A DNA stretch of 54,804 nucleotides from an uncultured marine group III euryarchaeote (GTDB lineage Archaea; Thermoplasmatota; Poseidoniia; MGIII; CG-Epi1): contig CACALG010000002.1 of assembly GCA_902533295.1 (NCBI GenBank), forward strand, positions 1 to 54,804, in the 5' to 3' direction. A program made the translations under genes and the position numbers. Position 1 is the stretch's first letter. Each line of letters begins with the position of its first letter. The notes under the pieces are model-generated. The model had not been told where the DNA came from and did no database searches. It saw only the letters and a list, made by a program, of their open reading frames with translations. This document shows, one piece after another, positions 44,026-53,000 of this stretch.

Positions 44026-44249
44026 GTCAAGGGACAAAAAAAGTTGGAAGCACTGGTCGATTTGGAGCAAGATACGGAGTATCTGTTCGCAGGAGGTTAG
44101 GTGCTGTAGAGAAAAAACAACGTCAAAAATATGAGTGCCCTTCATGCTCAAAAATTAATGTAAAAAGAATATCTACCGGAATATTCAAATGTAATAGCTG
44201 TGATTATCAATTTGCTAGTGGGGCGTACTATCCCACACAGGAGGACTGA
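44022..44249 (+). CDS. rpl37ae: 50S ribosomal protein L37Ae (eL43)
   Basis: GRFGARYG...CPSC...CNSC zinc-ribbon ribosomal protein. Confidence 0.9.
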   Translation: MSQGTKKVGSTGRFGARYGVSVRRRLGAVEKKQRQKYECPSCSKINVKRISTGIFKCNSCDYQFASGAYYPTQED

Positions 44250-44251
44250 AA

Positions 44252-44392
44252 ATGGTCAATTACAAATGTGCATCATGTGGAGCCAAATTAGACATGGATT
44301 TAGAAGTTCTTGGACTTACATGCCGTGTTTGTGGTGAGAAGATCTTTTACAAAATAAGACCTTCAACCAAAAAAACAGTTATATCTGATTAA
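44252..44392 (+). CDS. rpoP: DNA-directed RNA polymerase subunit P (Rpo12)
   Basis: Not in the supplied ORF track. My translation is MVNYKCASCGAKLDMDLEVLGLTCRVCGEKIFYKIRPSTKKTVISD (46 aa; CxxC-x14-CxxC + KIxYK). Conserved superoperon position after L37Ae. Its stop overlaps the next ATG (TAATG). Confidence 0.75.
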   Translation: MVNYKCASCGAKLDMDLEVLGLTCRVCGEKIFYKIRPSTKKTVISD

Positions 44393-44619
44393 TGAAAGCT
44401 CAAGTGAGCCTTAAAACAGGAAAAAATACAAAAGCTATTGCTGAAGCTTTAATTGATGAAGCAAAAAATGGCTTGCCGAAAGTGAAAGTTGATGTTTGGC
44501 CAGCTGGTGAAAAATTAAAAATCGATTTAGAAGCTGAAGATTTTATCAGTTTAAGAGCTGCTTTGAATTCTTTTTTGGGATGGGCCTATTGTGCTGAAGG
44601 AGTAATAGTAAATGACTGA
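44392..44619 (+). CDS. pcc1: KEOPS complex subunit Pcc1
   Basis: 75 aa, with the Pcc1/CTAG hallmark SLRAALNSFLGW near the C-terminus. Conserved position between rpoP and prefoldin beta. Confidence 0.65.
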   Translation: MKAQVSLKTGKNTKAIAEALIDEAKNGLPKVKVDVWPAGEKLKIDLEAEDFISLRAALNSFLGWAYCAEGVIVND

Positions 44620-44992
44620 AATAACGCCTGAAAATGTACAAGAGAAATTGAATCTCTTTCAGCAGATACAGCAGCAAGTTCAGAGTCTTTCACAGCAAAT
44701 ATCGCAAATTGATATGTCGATTGGAGAAACTGAACGTACTCTAGAAGAAGTCAAAGATTTAGGAAAACAAGCTATTCTATATCGAGCAATCGGCTCTGTT
44801 ATGAAGAAAATAGATGACCCTAAACAACTTAAAAAAAACCTTGAAGAAGAAAAAGAACGAATGGAAATACGAAATAATAGCCTGAAAGGACAAGTTCAGA
44901 AGATGAATGAGGAGTTGGAGCAAATGCAAAAACAACTAGCTCCTGTTTTACAGAATATCCAAGAAAGCAAGGTAACTGATGCTCCTAAATGA
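44612..44992 (+). CDS. pfdB: Prefoldin subunit beta
   Basis: Two coiled-coil arms flanking the beta-hairpin segment ILYRAIGSVMKKID. 126 aa. Confidence 0.8.
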   Translation: MTEITPENVQEKLNLFQQIQQQVQSLSQQISQIDMSIGETERTLEEVKDLGKQAILYRAIGSVMKKIDDPKQLKKNLEEEKERMEIRNNSLKGQVQKMNEELEQMQKQLAPVLQNIQESKVTDAPK

Positions 44993-45926
44993 AAAAATAA
45001 GAAACTCATTCAAAGATGAATTATTACTTTTAGTACATCATCATGCTGATGTTGATTCTATAGCCTCTGCTATTGGACTCAATACCGTATTTGAAAATTC
45101 AATTATTTGTGCTTCTGATGGAATTAGTTCACATGGACAAAAAGTAGCAAGCACTGTAGATGTCCAAATTATGGAAAAACCTCCTGAATCTTGGGAAGGA
45201 ACTGTTATTGCTTTAGATAGCCCAAATCCTGAACATTGCGGTCCCGTTCCTAAGGCAAAACAAATCATAGTTATTGATCACCACACAAAAATTGAAGGAT
45301 GGCCTAAAGGAACAGAAATTATACACCAACCACAAAGGACAAGCACAGCAGAGATTATTCTTGAAGTTATTAAAGAATTAGAAGTAGAAATTACAAAAAC
45401 TTGTGCAACTGTTCTTTTGTCTGGAATATACACTGATACTGGGCAATTTAGACATGCTAACAAAGAAACATTTAGTGCTGCAAGTGATTTGGCACAGGCT
45501 GGTGCAGATCCTCAAGAAGTAATCAATATTTTGGATAGCGAAAGGCCTATGATACAAAAGACGACGTTTTTGAAAGCTGCACAAAGAATGAAATGGAGGC
45601 AGGAAGGAAAATGGCTTATTGCTCAAAGCTTTGTAGGATCATTCGAATCTGGCTCTGCTAGATTATTGATTGTTCTGGGTGCAGATATTGCATTAGTAGC
45701 TTCTGGAAATAAAAAAGGCGAAATGAGACTTTCGACAAGAGCTTCAAATCGAATTGTTTCAAAAGGATTTAACTTAACTAATATTTTAGAAGAAATTGCT
45801 GAAATTAATGGTGGTTCTGCAGGAGGGCATCCTGGTGCCGCAGGCTATAATGGAAAGGGAGATCCTGAGGCGATAAGTGAAATTGCAAGACAAAAGTGTG
45901 TAGATTCTATAAGGCAACTGCCTTAA
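44979..45926 (+). CDS. DHH/DHHA1-family phosphoesterase (NrnA-like nanoRNase/pAp phosphatase type)
   Basis: Motifs HHHADVDSIAS, VIDHHT (DHH), and GGHPGAAG (DHHA1). Overlaps pfdB by 14 nt. Confidence 0.85.
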   Translation: MLLNEKIRNSFKDELLLLVHHHADVDSIASAIGLNTVFENSIICASDGISSHGQKVASTVDVQIMEKPPESWEGTVIALDSPNPEHCGPVPKAKQIIVIDHHTKIEGWPKGTEIIHQPQRTSTAEIILEVIKELEVEITKTCATVLLSGIYTDTGQFRHANKETFSAASDLAQAGADPQEVINILDSERPMIQKTTFLKAAQRMKWRQEGKWLIAQSFVGSFESGSARLLIVLGADIALVASGNKKGEMRLSTRASNRIVSKGFNLTNILEEIAEINGGSAGGHPGAAGYNGKGDPEAISEIARQKCVDSIRQLP

Positions 45927-45948
45927 CCTTAGGTTTCCATAACTATTT

Positions 45949-47283
45949 GTGAAATATAGGGCAATTTTCAGAATTTATGGTTTGATTACTGCCAATATGC
46001 TACTCTTAATGGGTGGGCAATTAGCATATCTATACCTTGTTGGACCAATCTCAATGGAGGATGGAAGGCCAATAACATTACCTGACATTCCGCTACTAGG
46101 ATTTTTAACAACGATTTTGATGATTGCTGGTGCTCTGATAATGGCTGCCATACTTCAAAGAAAGCCATTGCCAATAACATATGTTGCTGTAAACAAAAAA
46201 ACCCCTCAGAAATTATCTAATAATGAATCTACAGAAACTGAAAAACAACAATACAGACCAATTTATCCTGGACAATTTAGCAAAAATACAGGGAAAGTAT
46301 ACTACAATAAAGCTGATGACACAGAAGATTTGAATTGGGGGAGCGGAGAGGCAGTACCTCGAGATATAGAAAAGAAATTAGGATCTTTTACAAAACGAGA
46401 ATTGCAGTTACCAAGTTCTAGCTTCTTATTCTTCAGCTTTTTATTTGCACTAGCGCTAGGATTGGTTGCGTTAGGAGAAAGAGGGCCTTTCATTTATTTA
46501 TTTCCAATTGCCTTCGTAATAGCATTTACTTTTCCAGGTTTAATATGGATAAGTTATGTTTATGATCGTACCGTCACATCACCTGAACCACAAAGATTGG
46601 TACTAATCGCCTTGGCCTGGGGTATGTTTTCAACACTACCTGCTAGTTTACTGAATGATACAGGGGCAAGACTTATCGATGTTAATCAAAACGCACTGTT
46701 GGGGAATGGAGATTTCGGTAATGCCGAAATAATTTTAGTTTCCGTTATTGCACCTTTTGTAGAAGAATTGTTGAAACCGCTTGGCTTAATTTTTGTTATG
46801 AAAAGGCTAAGAACTCCATATGAAGGAGTATTGTATGGAGTGGCATGTGGAATGGGATTTGCAATTATGGAAAATCTACTCTATGAATTGTTTATTTTGA
46901 TTTGGTATGGTGCTGATGTATGGACAATTAATGCATTTGTTAGAGGCATTGGATCAACGGTACTTCATGCTGTAGGTCCTGCAGCAGTAGGGTATGCAAT
47001 TGCACTGTCTAACCAAATGCAAATACCACAGTCCAAGACACTTCCACTTGCGTATGCATTTGGAGTTGTGATGCACGGATTATGGAATGGATTTGCAACA
47101 ATGCCTTTCATCATGGATGGAGAAAAATGGGTTTACGTGTCATATGTTTTGATTGCACTAATGATTGTTATTTGCTTAATTTTTATAGTTAAAGCACTCG
47201 AATATGGAAAAGAATATTCACAAATGGAATTAGAGGCTGCAAGTTTTGATGATTTAGAAGAAGCAACAAATAGTGGTCACTAA
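45949..47283 (+). CDS. PrsW-family intramembrane protease-like protein
   Basis: FVEELLKP (EExxK), GFAIMEN, TVLHAVG and HGLWNG motifs sit on consecutive TM helices. An N-terminal extension of about 160 aa carries 2 TM. GTG start. Confidence 0.65.
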   Translation: MKYRAIFRIYGLITANMLLLMGGQLAYLYLVGPISMEDGRPITLPDIPLLGFLTTILMIAGALIMAAILQRKPLPITYVAVNKKTPQKLSNNESTETEKQQYRPIYPGQFSKNTGKVYYNKADDTEDLNWGSGEAVPRDIEKKLGSFTKRELQLPSSSFLFFSFLFALALGLVALGERGPFIYLFPIAFVIAFTFPGLIWISYVYDRTVTSPEPQRLVLIALAWGMFSTLPASLLNDTGARLIDVNQNALLGNGDFGNAEIILVSVIAPFVEELLKPLGLIFVMKRLRTPYEGVLYGVACGMGFAIMENLLYELFILIWYGADVWTINAFVRGIGSTVLHAVGPAAVGYAIALSNQMQIPQSKTLPLAYAFGVVMHGLWNGFATMPFIMDGEKWVYVSYVLIALMIVICLIFIVKALEYGKEYSQMELEAASFDDLEEATNSGH

Positions 47284-47295
47284 ATGCAACTAATA

Positions 47296-47414
47296 CCGTC
47301 CTTAGCTCAGACTGGCCAGAGCGGCCGGCTGTAGGGGTCTATCCCTTTTACCCGTGAGTACGGGAGGCCGCAGTTACCGGCAGGTCCCCGGTTCAAATCC
47401 GGGAGGACGGACCA
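47296..47414 (+). tRNA. tRNA-Tyr (GTA) with a 41-nt intron at the canonical 37/38 position, CCA encoded
   Basis: CCGTCCT-TA-GCTC..GAGC-G-GCCGG-CTGTAG[intron 47335-47375]A-CCGGC-AGGTC-CCCGG-TTCAAAT-CCGGG-AGGACGG-A-CCA. The C1:G72 pair is the archaeal/eukaryal Tyr identity pair. The splice sites sit in a bulge-helix-bulge motif. Confidence 0.85.
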
Positions 47415-47428
47415 TTTTTCTAAAAAAA
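47415..47428. terminator. Bidirectional oligo-T/oligo-A tract (candidate archaeal terminators for tRNA-Tyr and the convergent MFS gene)
   Basis: TTTTT directly after the tRNA CCA on the plus strand (47415-47419). AAAAAAA at 47422-47428 reads as T7 on the minus strand, directly after the MFS stop codon. Confidence 0.35.
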
Positions 47429-48955
47429 TTATTTTGCTTTACCAGGCATATACAATTTAACGAGTATAGCTGTGATTAGAGCAACTCCGGCGGATACCAT
47501 TGCTGACCCTACCATGCCCTCCATAAATGCTGAACGAGCATTTTCAATTAATTCTGAACCAAGCATATCTCCTTCACTAAGTAATTGTCCACCTATCCTC
47601 ATAGCTGCAGGGAATGATTCTGTAGCTATTGGTGAATAATGTTCTAAACCTTCTGGAACTACCAAATCATTTTGATATATTTCATTCAAAACACTTCCTC
47701 CAATAGCAATTCCAAGTGCACCACCTATTTCTCTACTAGCATCATTAGTTGCACTTCCAACACCGGCCTTATCCTCTGGAATAGAGTCCATTACCATCGT
47801 AGTTGAAGGTGCCATAGTCAGACCCATTCCAAGCCCTAGAATAAAGAACGTAAGTGCAATCCTAAAATATTCAGTTCCAACGTCTACTGTAGTAAACAAT
47901 AGCATTCCTGTACAAACTAAAGTTAATCCAAGAGCAACAACATTATTTTTGCCAAATTTTGCAACTAATTTATCACTATTAGCAGCTGCTGGCATCAATC
48001 CCATTGGAAGTGGAATAAACCGAATAGCTGCTTCCAAAGCTGTATGCCCTCTTACAAGTTGAAAATGTAGCATTTGAGTAAACATAAATGAAAACATTAC
48101 AAAAAATGCCAACGTAATTGCAACCAGACCCATTGTAAAGCCCATATTCTTGAAAAGATCTATTGGGAGCATAGGATGTTCTGTACTTCTTTCCCATTTG
48201 ATGAAGGCAAATGTTAGAACCAACCCTAGTCCTGCAATACCAAGAGTCTCTGGACTAGTCCAACCTGCATTCGGTGCTTCTATTATCGCATACAATACAG
48301 ACAAGAGAGCTCCTATTGAGAGAACTGAACCCATGAAATCCAATGGACGCTCTTGACTGTCTTTTGAATTTGGAACTAAGAAAATACCAAGAATTAAGGC
48401 AACAATGATTACCGGTACATTAATCCAAAAAACCATCTCCCAACCATAATTTTCTACTGACCAACCACCAACAATGAGACCAATCGGAGCTCCAGCTCCA
48501 GCCATAGCAGCCCAAATTCCAACAGCTTTTCCCCTTTCATCAGAAGGAAAAACCACAACAACTACTGAAAGAGTAGCTGGCATTACAAGTGCGGCGCCAA
48601 GTCCCATAACTGCTCGTGCAATAATTACATGTTCTGATGTAGAAGCATACATCGCTGTTGCTCCTGAAGTCAAAGCAACAATGACCAAACCCAATTGTAA
48701 CGCTGGTTTACGTCCAAAGCGATCTCCAAGGGCTCCCATCACAAGAAGCGTGCCGCCAAATACAAGCGCATAAGCATCAACCATCCATTGAAGATCTGTA
48801 TTGTTTGCACCCAATTCTTGAGAAAGTTCAGGTAGTGCAACATTCAAAGTTACATTGTTCAAAACTACAATAATTAAACTTAAACTCATCAAAGCAAGAA
48901 TTATCCATCTTCTATCATATATTTCATCAGATATAGGTTTCTTTTCTTCACTCAT
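47429..48955 (-). CDS. MFS transporter, DHA2 (EmrB/QacA-like, 14-TMS) drug:H+ antiporter family
   Basis: About 14 TM segments. Motif A-like [11 protein letters not shown]. Start placed at ATG 48955 ([10 protein letters not shown]...), which overlaps the J-domain gene stop as ATGA; the track's 16-codon upstream extension was discarded. Visibly higher GC than neighbouring genes. Confidence 0.85.
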   Translation of the reverse strand: MSEEKKPISDEIYDRRWIILALMSLSLIIVVLNNVTLNVALPELSQELGANNTDLQWMVDAYALVFGGTLLVMGALGDRFGRKPALQLGLVIVALTSGATAMYASTSEHVIIARAVMGLGAALVMPATLSVVVVVFPSDERGKAVGIWAAMAGAGAPIGLIVGGWSVENYGWEMVFWINVPVIIVALILGIFLVPNSKDSQERPLDFMGSVLSIGALLSVLYAIIEAPNAGWTSPETLGIAGLGLVLTFAFIKWERSTEHPMLPIDLFKNMGFTMGLVAITLAFFVMFSFMFTQMLHFQLVRGHTALEAAIRFIPLPMGLMPAAANSDKLVAKFGKNNVVALGLTLVCTGMLLFTTVDVGTEYFRIALTFFILGLGMGLTMAPSTTMVMDSIPEDKAGVGSATNDASREIGGALGIAIGGSVLNEIYQNDLVVPEGLEHYSPIATESFPAAMRIGGQLLSEGDMLGSELIENARSAFMEGMVGSAMVSAGVALITAILVKLYMPGKAK

Positions 48956-49242
48956 CGTATGTAATCCCATGTATTGGCAGTCCAAACAGTAGAGGGTTTC
49001 CACTGAGGTGCCTTTCTTGGGACATATTCAGAACCAAACTGATCGTATTTTTGCCTCTCATTTTCATCTATCAAAACGTGATATGCTTCATTAATTTGTT
49101 TGAATTTTGCCTCGGATGATTCTATATCATCAGGATTTAGATCAGGATGGAACTTCTTAGCTAATTTCTTGTAAGCTTTCTTTATAGATTCTGAATCTGC
49201 GTCTTCATCAATTTCCAAAATTTCGTAATAATTCACTAACAT
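48952..49242 (-). CDS. Stand-alone J-domain protein (96 aa)
   Basis: [35 protein letters not shown]...[24 protein letters not shown] is a complete J-domain with the HPD motif, followed by only about 25 more residues. Confidence 0.8.
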   Translation of the reverse strand: MLVNYYEILEIDEDADSESIKKAYKKLAKKFHPDLNPDDIESSEAKFKQINEAYHVLIDENERQKYDQFGSEYVPRKAPQWKPSTVWTANTWDYIR

Positions 49243-49261
49243 TCAATAGATTGGTGTATAT

Positions 49262-49996
49262 CTAAGCGGCAGTCTGTCCACCATCTACAGTAATTATTGA
49301 GCCAGTAGTCCATTCGGCCTCAGGCCCACATAGATGCAAGGCCATAGCTGCAATCTCTTCCGGTTTTCCCATCCTTCCTATTGGTTGAACGTTATCCAAA
49401 ACTTCTCTTGAAACACTACCTGCTTGAACTCTTTCATCAACCATTGGAGTATCTACCACTGCTGGGCAGATACAATTAACTCGTATTTTTCCAGCTAAAT
49501 CAAGAGCCATTGCTCTTGTTAAATTAACAACACCACCTTTAGAAGCGCAATAAGCTGCAGCTCCCTTCATTGCTCGGAGCCCAACTGTAGAAGATATGTT
49601 TAGAATTGCACCTCCTGTATTCATATGTGGTAGAAAATTATTACTCATTAGATATGGGCCCTTCAAATTAACATTTATTTGAAGATCCCAATCTTCTTCA
49701 GTAGTTTTTGTTATCCTTCCAGGACGAATTAGTCCTGCATTATTTACTAAAATATCCAACTTTCCATGTTCCTTTGAAAACCATTCTGACATAGATTTAA
49801 CGCCTGATGAATCACTAACATCCAATTGATGGAAATCACAACCTAGCTTAGATGCAGCTGTAGATAATTCAGCTTTGCTTCTACTACAAATTATAACTTT
49901 AGCACCTTCTTTCAAGAAGCGTTCAGCGATACTGTATCCAATACCTTTGGAGCCTCCAGTGACTATTGCGATTTTGCCATCTAGCAAACCAGACAT
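49262..49996 (-). CDS. Short-chain dehydrogenase/reductase (FabG-like)
   Basis: TGGSKGIG cofactor motif, NNAG, and catalytic S...YCASK. Confidence 0.9.
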   Translation of the reverse strand: MSGLLDGKIAIVTGGSKGIGYSIAERFLKEGAKVIICSRSKAELSTAASKLGCDFHQLDVSDSSGVKSMSEWFSKEHGKLDILVNNAGLIRPGRITKTTEEDWDLQINVNLKGPYLMSNNFLPHMNTGGAILNISSTVGLRAMKGAAAYCASKGGVVNLTRAMALDLAGKIRVNCICPAVVDTPMVDERVQAGSVSREVLDNVQPIGRMGKPEEIAAMALHLCGPEAEWTTGSIITVDGGQTAA

Positions 49997-50026
49997 TAGG
50001 TGGCTATTGATGGCAGGCTAAAGTGT

Positions 50027-53000
50027 TTATCTTCTTCTGAAAGCAATTATTGCTATCGCACAAATTGATACAAAGAATGATAATGAAGGTAAGAAACCCT
50101 TGTCTTCTTCATCCTTTGATTTTACAGGTTCGTCAAAAGTAGCCAAACAAGAATCTTCTACAAGATCTTCATTCTCTTCGGTTATTTCATCAGGACAATA
50201 ATTCAGCTTTCCATCTTCATCAGAATCAGGAGATTTTATTGTGACTGTTAGGGACTCAGTATCGGTGAAGCCATCGTTATCCGTAACACGTAGTGTTGCT
50301 GTAAATGTTCCTTCATTATTGTAGATGTAGGTGGTCAAACCATTTTCAAAGGATGACCTTTCGAATATTCCATCCCCATCGAAATCCCACTCATACTTTT
50401 CTACTGTTCCGTCTTCATCTGTTCCAGCTCCACTAAACTGCACTGAAACTCCTGGAGTGCTTGTTACATTTTGTCCAGCTATTGCAATAGGTCCAAATAA
50501 ACACTCACCTTCAACTTCGGCCCAAGAAATATAATTTAATGCAGTAGAATTCATACAGCCTTTTATTGGTTCTGGATATTCACAGGAACCATCATCTACT
50601 TCTACAGTTGAATTATAATTTGTAGCATTCATATCCATACATCCTTCTATCGGTTCTGGATATTCACAGGAACCGTCATCCACTTCTGCCTCTGAATCAT
50701 AATTTGTTGCATTAACATCCATACAACCCTCATGAGGTGGATATTCACAAGAACCATCATCCATTTCAGCTGTTGAATTGTAATTTGTTGCATTGCTATC
50801 TGTACAACCTTCAACATAGTATTCACAGGAACCATCGTCTACCTCTGCATCAGGATCCCAATTTTTAGCATCCTTATCTGTGCAACCCTCAACATAATAT
50901 TCACAAGAGCCGTCATCTACCTCGGCTTCAGAATTATAATTTTTAGCATCGGGATCCATACAACCTTCAACATAGTATTCACAAGAACCATCATCTACCT
51001 CAGCATCTGGATCGTAATTCTTAGCATCTGGATCCATACACCCCTCTATAGGAGGGTAAATACAGGAACCATCTGAAAAGAATGCACGTTGATCATAGTT
51101 AGTCGCATCTTCATCCATGCAACCTTCAAAAGGAAGTTCAGGACCCATGAAATCCCAAGTTATTCCTGCAATCCAATCATCATTAGGCCCATAAGCGCCT
51201 GCGTTGAGATCTGCAAGAGGTGAGTTGGCTTTTGGCCTAAAATCATAATTGTCAGGATCAATTAATTGTGATTTTACTGAATTATCAATTACCGTTATAA
51301 CACCAGTCATTGAACTATGATAATCACATTCGTACTCATATGACCCCGCTTCTGTAAATGTAAAAGACCAGTTTCCACCACTTGCTATGTTTCCTGAATC
51401 AAAAGAGGTTGGGCCACTGGTACTGGTTGCTGTATGACTCATTCCATCATTATTTGTCCAAGTAATAGTATCACCAACATAGATCGTAATCTCACCAGGA
51501 TCAAATTCCATATCGTCAGTGATACTTACGTCAAATGTGCGTTCATTATCCTCATAACCATTGAAATTATCAGAATAATTACCTGGAACAGGATGGTCTT
51601 CGTATGTACCTGACCGATGTGCTGCTATCCTATCTGCAGCATTGAATTCTGTTGTTGAATTCTCATTACCAAAGCCACTTTCAAAAAGAACTATGATGTT
51701 ATTTTTGTCATTATCTTCTCCAAAAATAGTGTTATTATGTGTTGTATGATAATCTCCTTTCACCATTAAAGCCCCTCTAATATTCCACAGAACATTATGA
51801 TGGACTGTGGCATTCCTTCCTTCATTTGTTCCCCCCATTGGCCCATCCATCCGAATACCATACTTGCTAGTATCATGAATCCAATTGTAGGCAATGTTGG
51901 AATCCTTTTGCTCTGCCATCATCATTTGTACAACGGCACCATCCGTCTGCAGTAGGCCCGTATTCCAGACCTCATTATGCAACACAGTTGGTGCATTGCC
52001 AATTGAAAGGGTGGCTGATGCTCCTGTGAAATGAATTGTATTATTTGAGAAAAGATTGTCTCTTCCATTATCTATTATTGTGACCATCAATCCTGGCATA
52101 TCGCTTACTGACCAATCAATATGATAGAAGTATGAATTATTGATTGTATTGTTATGAGACTGTGTATCTCCTCCATGGAATTCAAGGGCAGTTCCATCTG
52201 TGTACAGAAATGCTGAATTCTCTACTAAACACCTTGAACTTTTATCAAATCTAGAAACCCATCTTTCTTCTGTATCTTCTCCAGCTATATTCAAAGAACG
52301 CTTGGAAGTACTAGGATACAACAAATGGCTACCATCTACTTTACAATTTTCGCATTTGTTGAATCTAAAAGTAGTAGCAAAGAAATCTATATTCTCTAAT
52401 GTAACGCCATCTGCATTATCTGATGAAAAACCGTATGCTTGTGTTTTAGCCCTTATATTAGCCTCACTAAGATTTAGTCCCTCTGGTGGTAAAAAGTAAA
52501 GAATGTTCTCCTCATTATCAAAGAACCACTCTCCTGGCGAGTCAATTAATTCTAATTTACCCTCTAAAAAGTAAGCATGATGCTTAGTTTTCCAAGCAGA
52601 AACCTCATCAAATTTAAAAGAATTATTCTCACTATCAAATTCAGTTATATTTCTACTCCAAGTCTTAAAAGAACCAACATTCAGGATAGCTATTGCTCCA
52701 GTAGGATCAAAACCACTCTCATTCAAACCACTAATGTCAAACAATTCTCCATTATCATAAGGATAAACCCAATTTCCATCTTCATCCTTGTATTTGTCAC
52801 GATCCATTGAACCTTCGGCCCAAAGTGATCTATTGAATACAGAACCATCTATGAAATTAGCATTTGGCCAACGTGCTGGAACCATTTCTTCAAAGTCAAC
52901 AAACAATTGCCAAGCATTTTCACTCACATTCGTTTGGTATATGCCATTCTGATATTCTTTCCATTCACCACCTAAATCTTCCTCAATATCACGGGAACCA

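Noticed and set aside
47335-47375. Possible box C/D sRNA within the tRNA-Tyr intron, as in some archaeal tRNA-Trp introns
   Set aside because: It has no RUGAUGA / CUGA box pair (only GTGAGTA), and 41 nt is too short.
47284-50026. Genomic island or integrated element at the tRNA-Tyr 3' flank (GC-richer MFS, J-domain, SDR)
   Set aside because: No integrase, recombinase, att-like repeat of the tRNA 3' end, or phage/plasmid gene is visible. The composition shift is modest and confined mainly to the membrane transporter. It is retained only as an HGT possibility under the J-domain/MFS finding.
50501-51127. Regular 78-84-nt DNA periodicity as a possible CRISPR or satellite array
   Set aside because: There is no spacer/repeat alternation. 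The whole array is in frame within a long CDS and encodes a conserved two-Cys peptide module.
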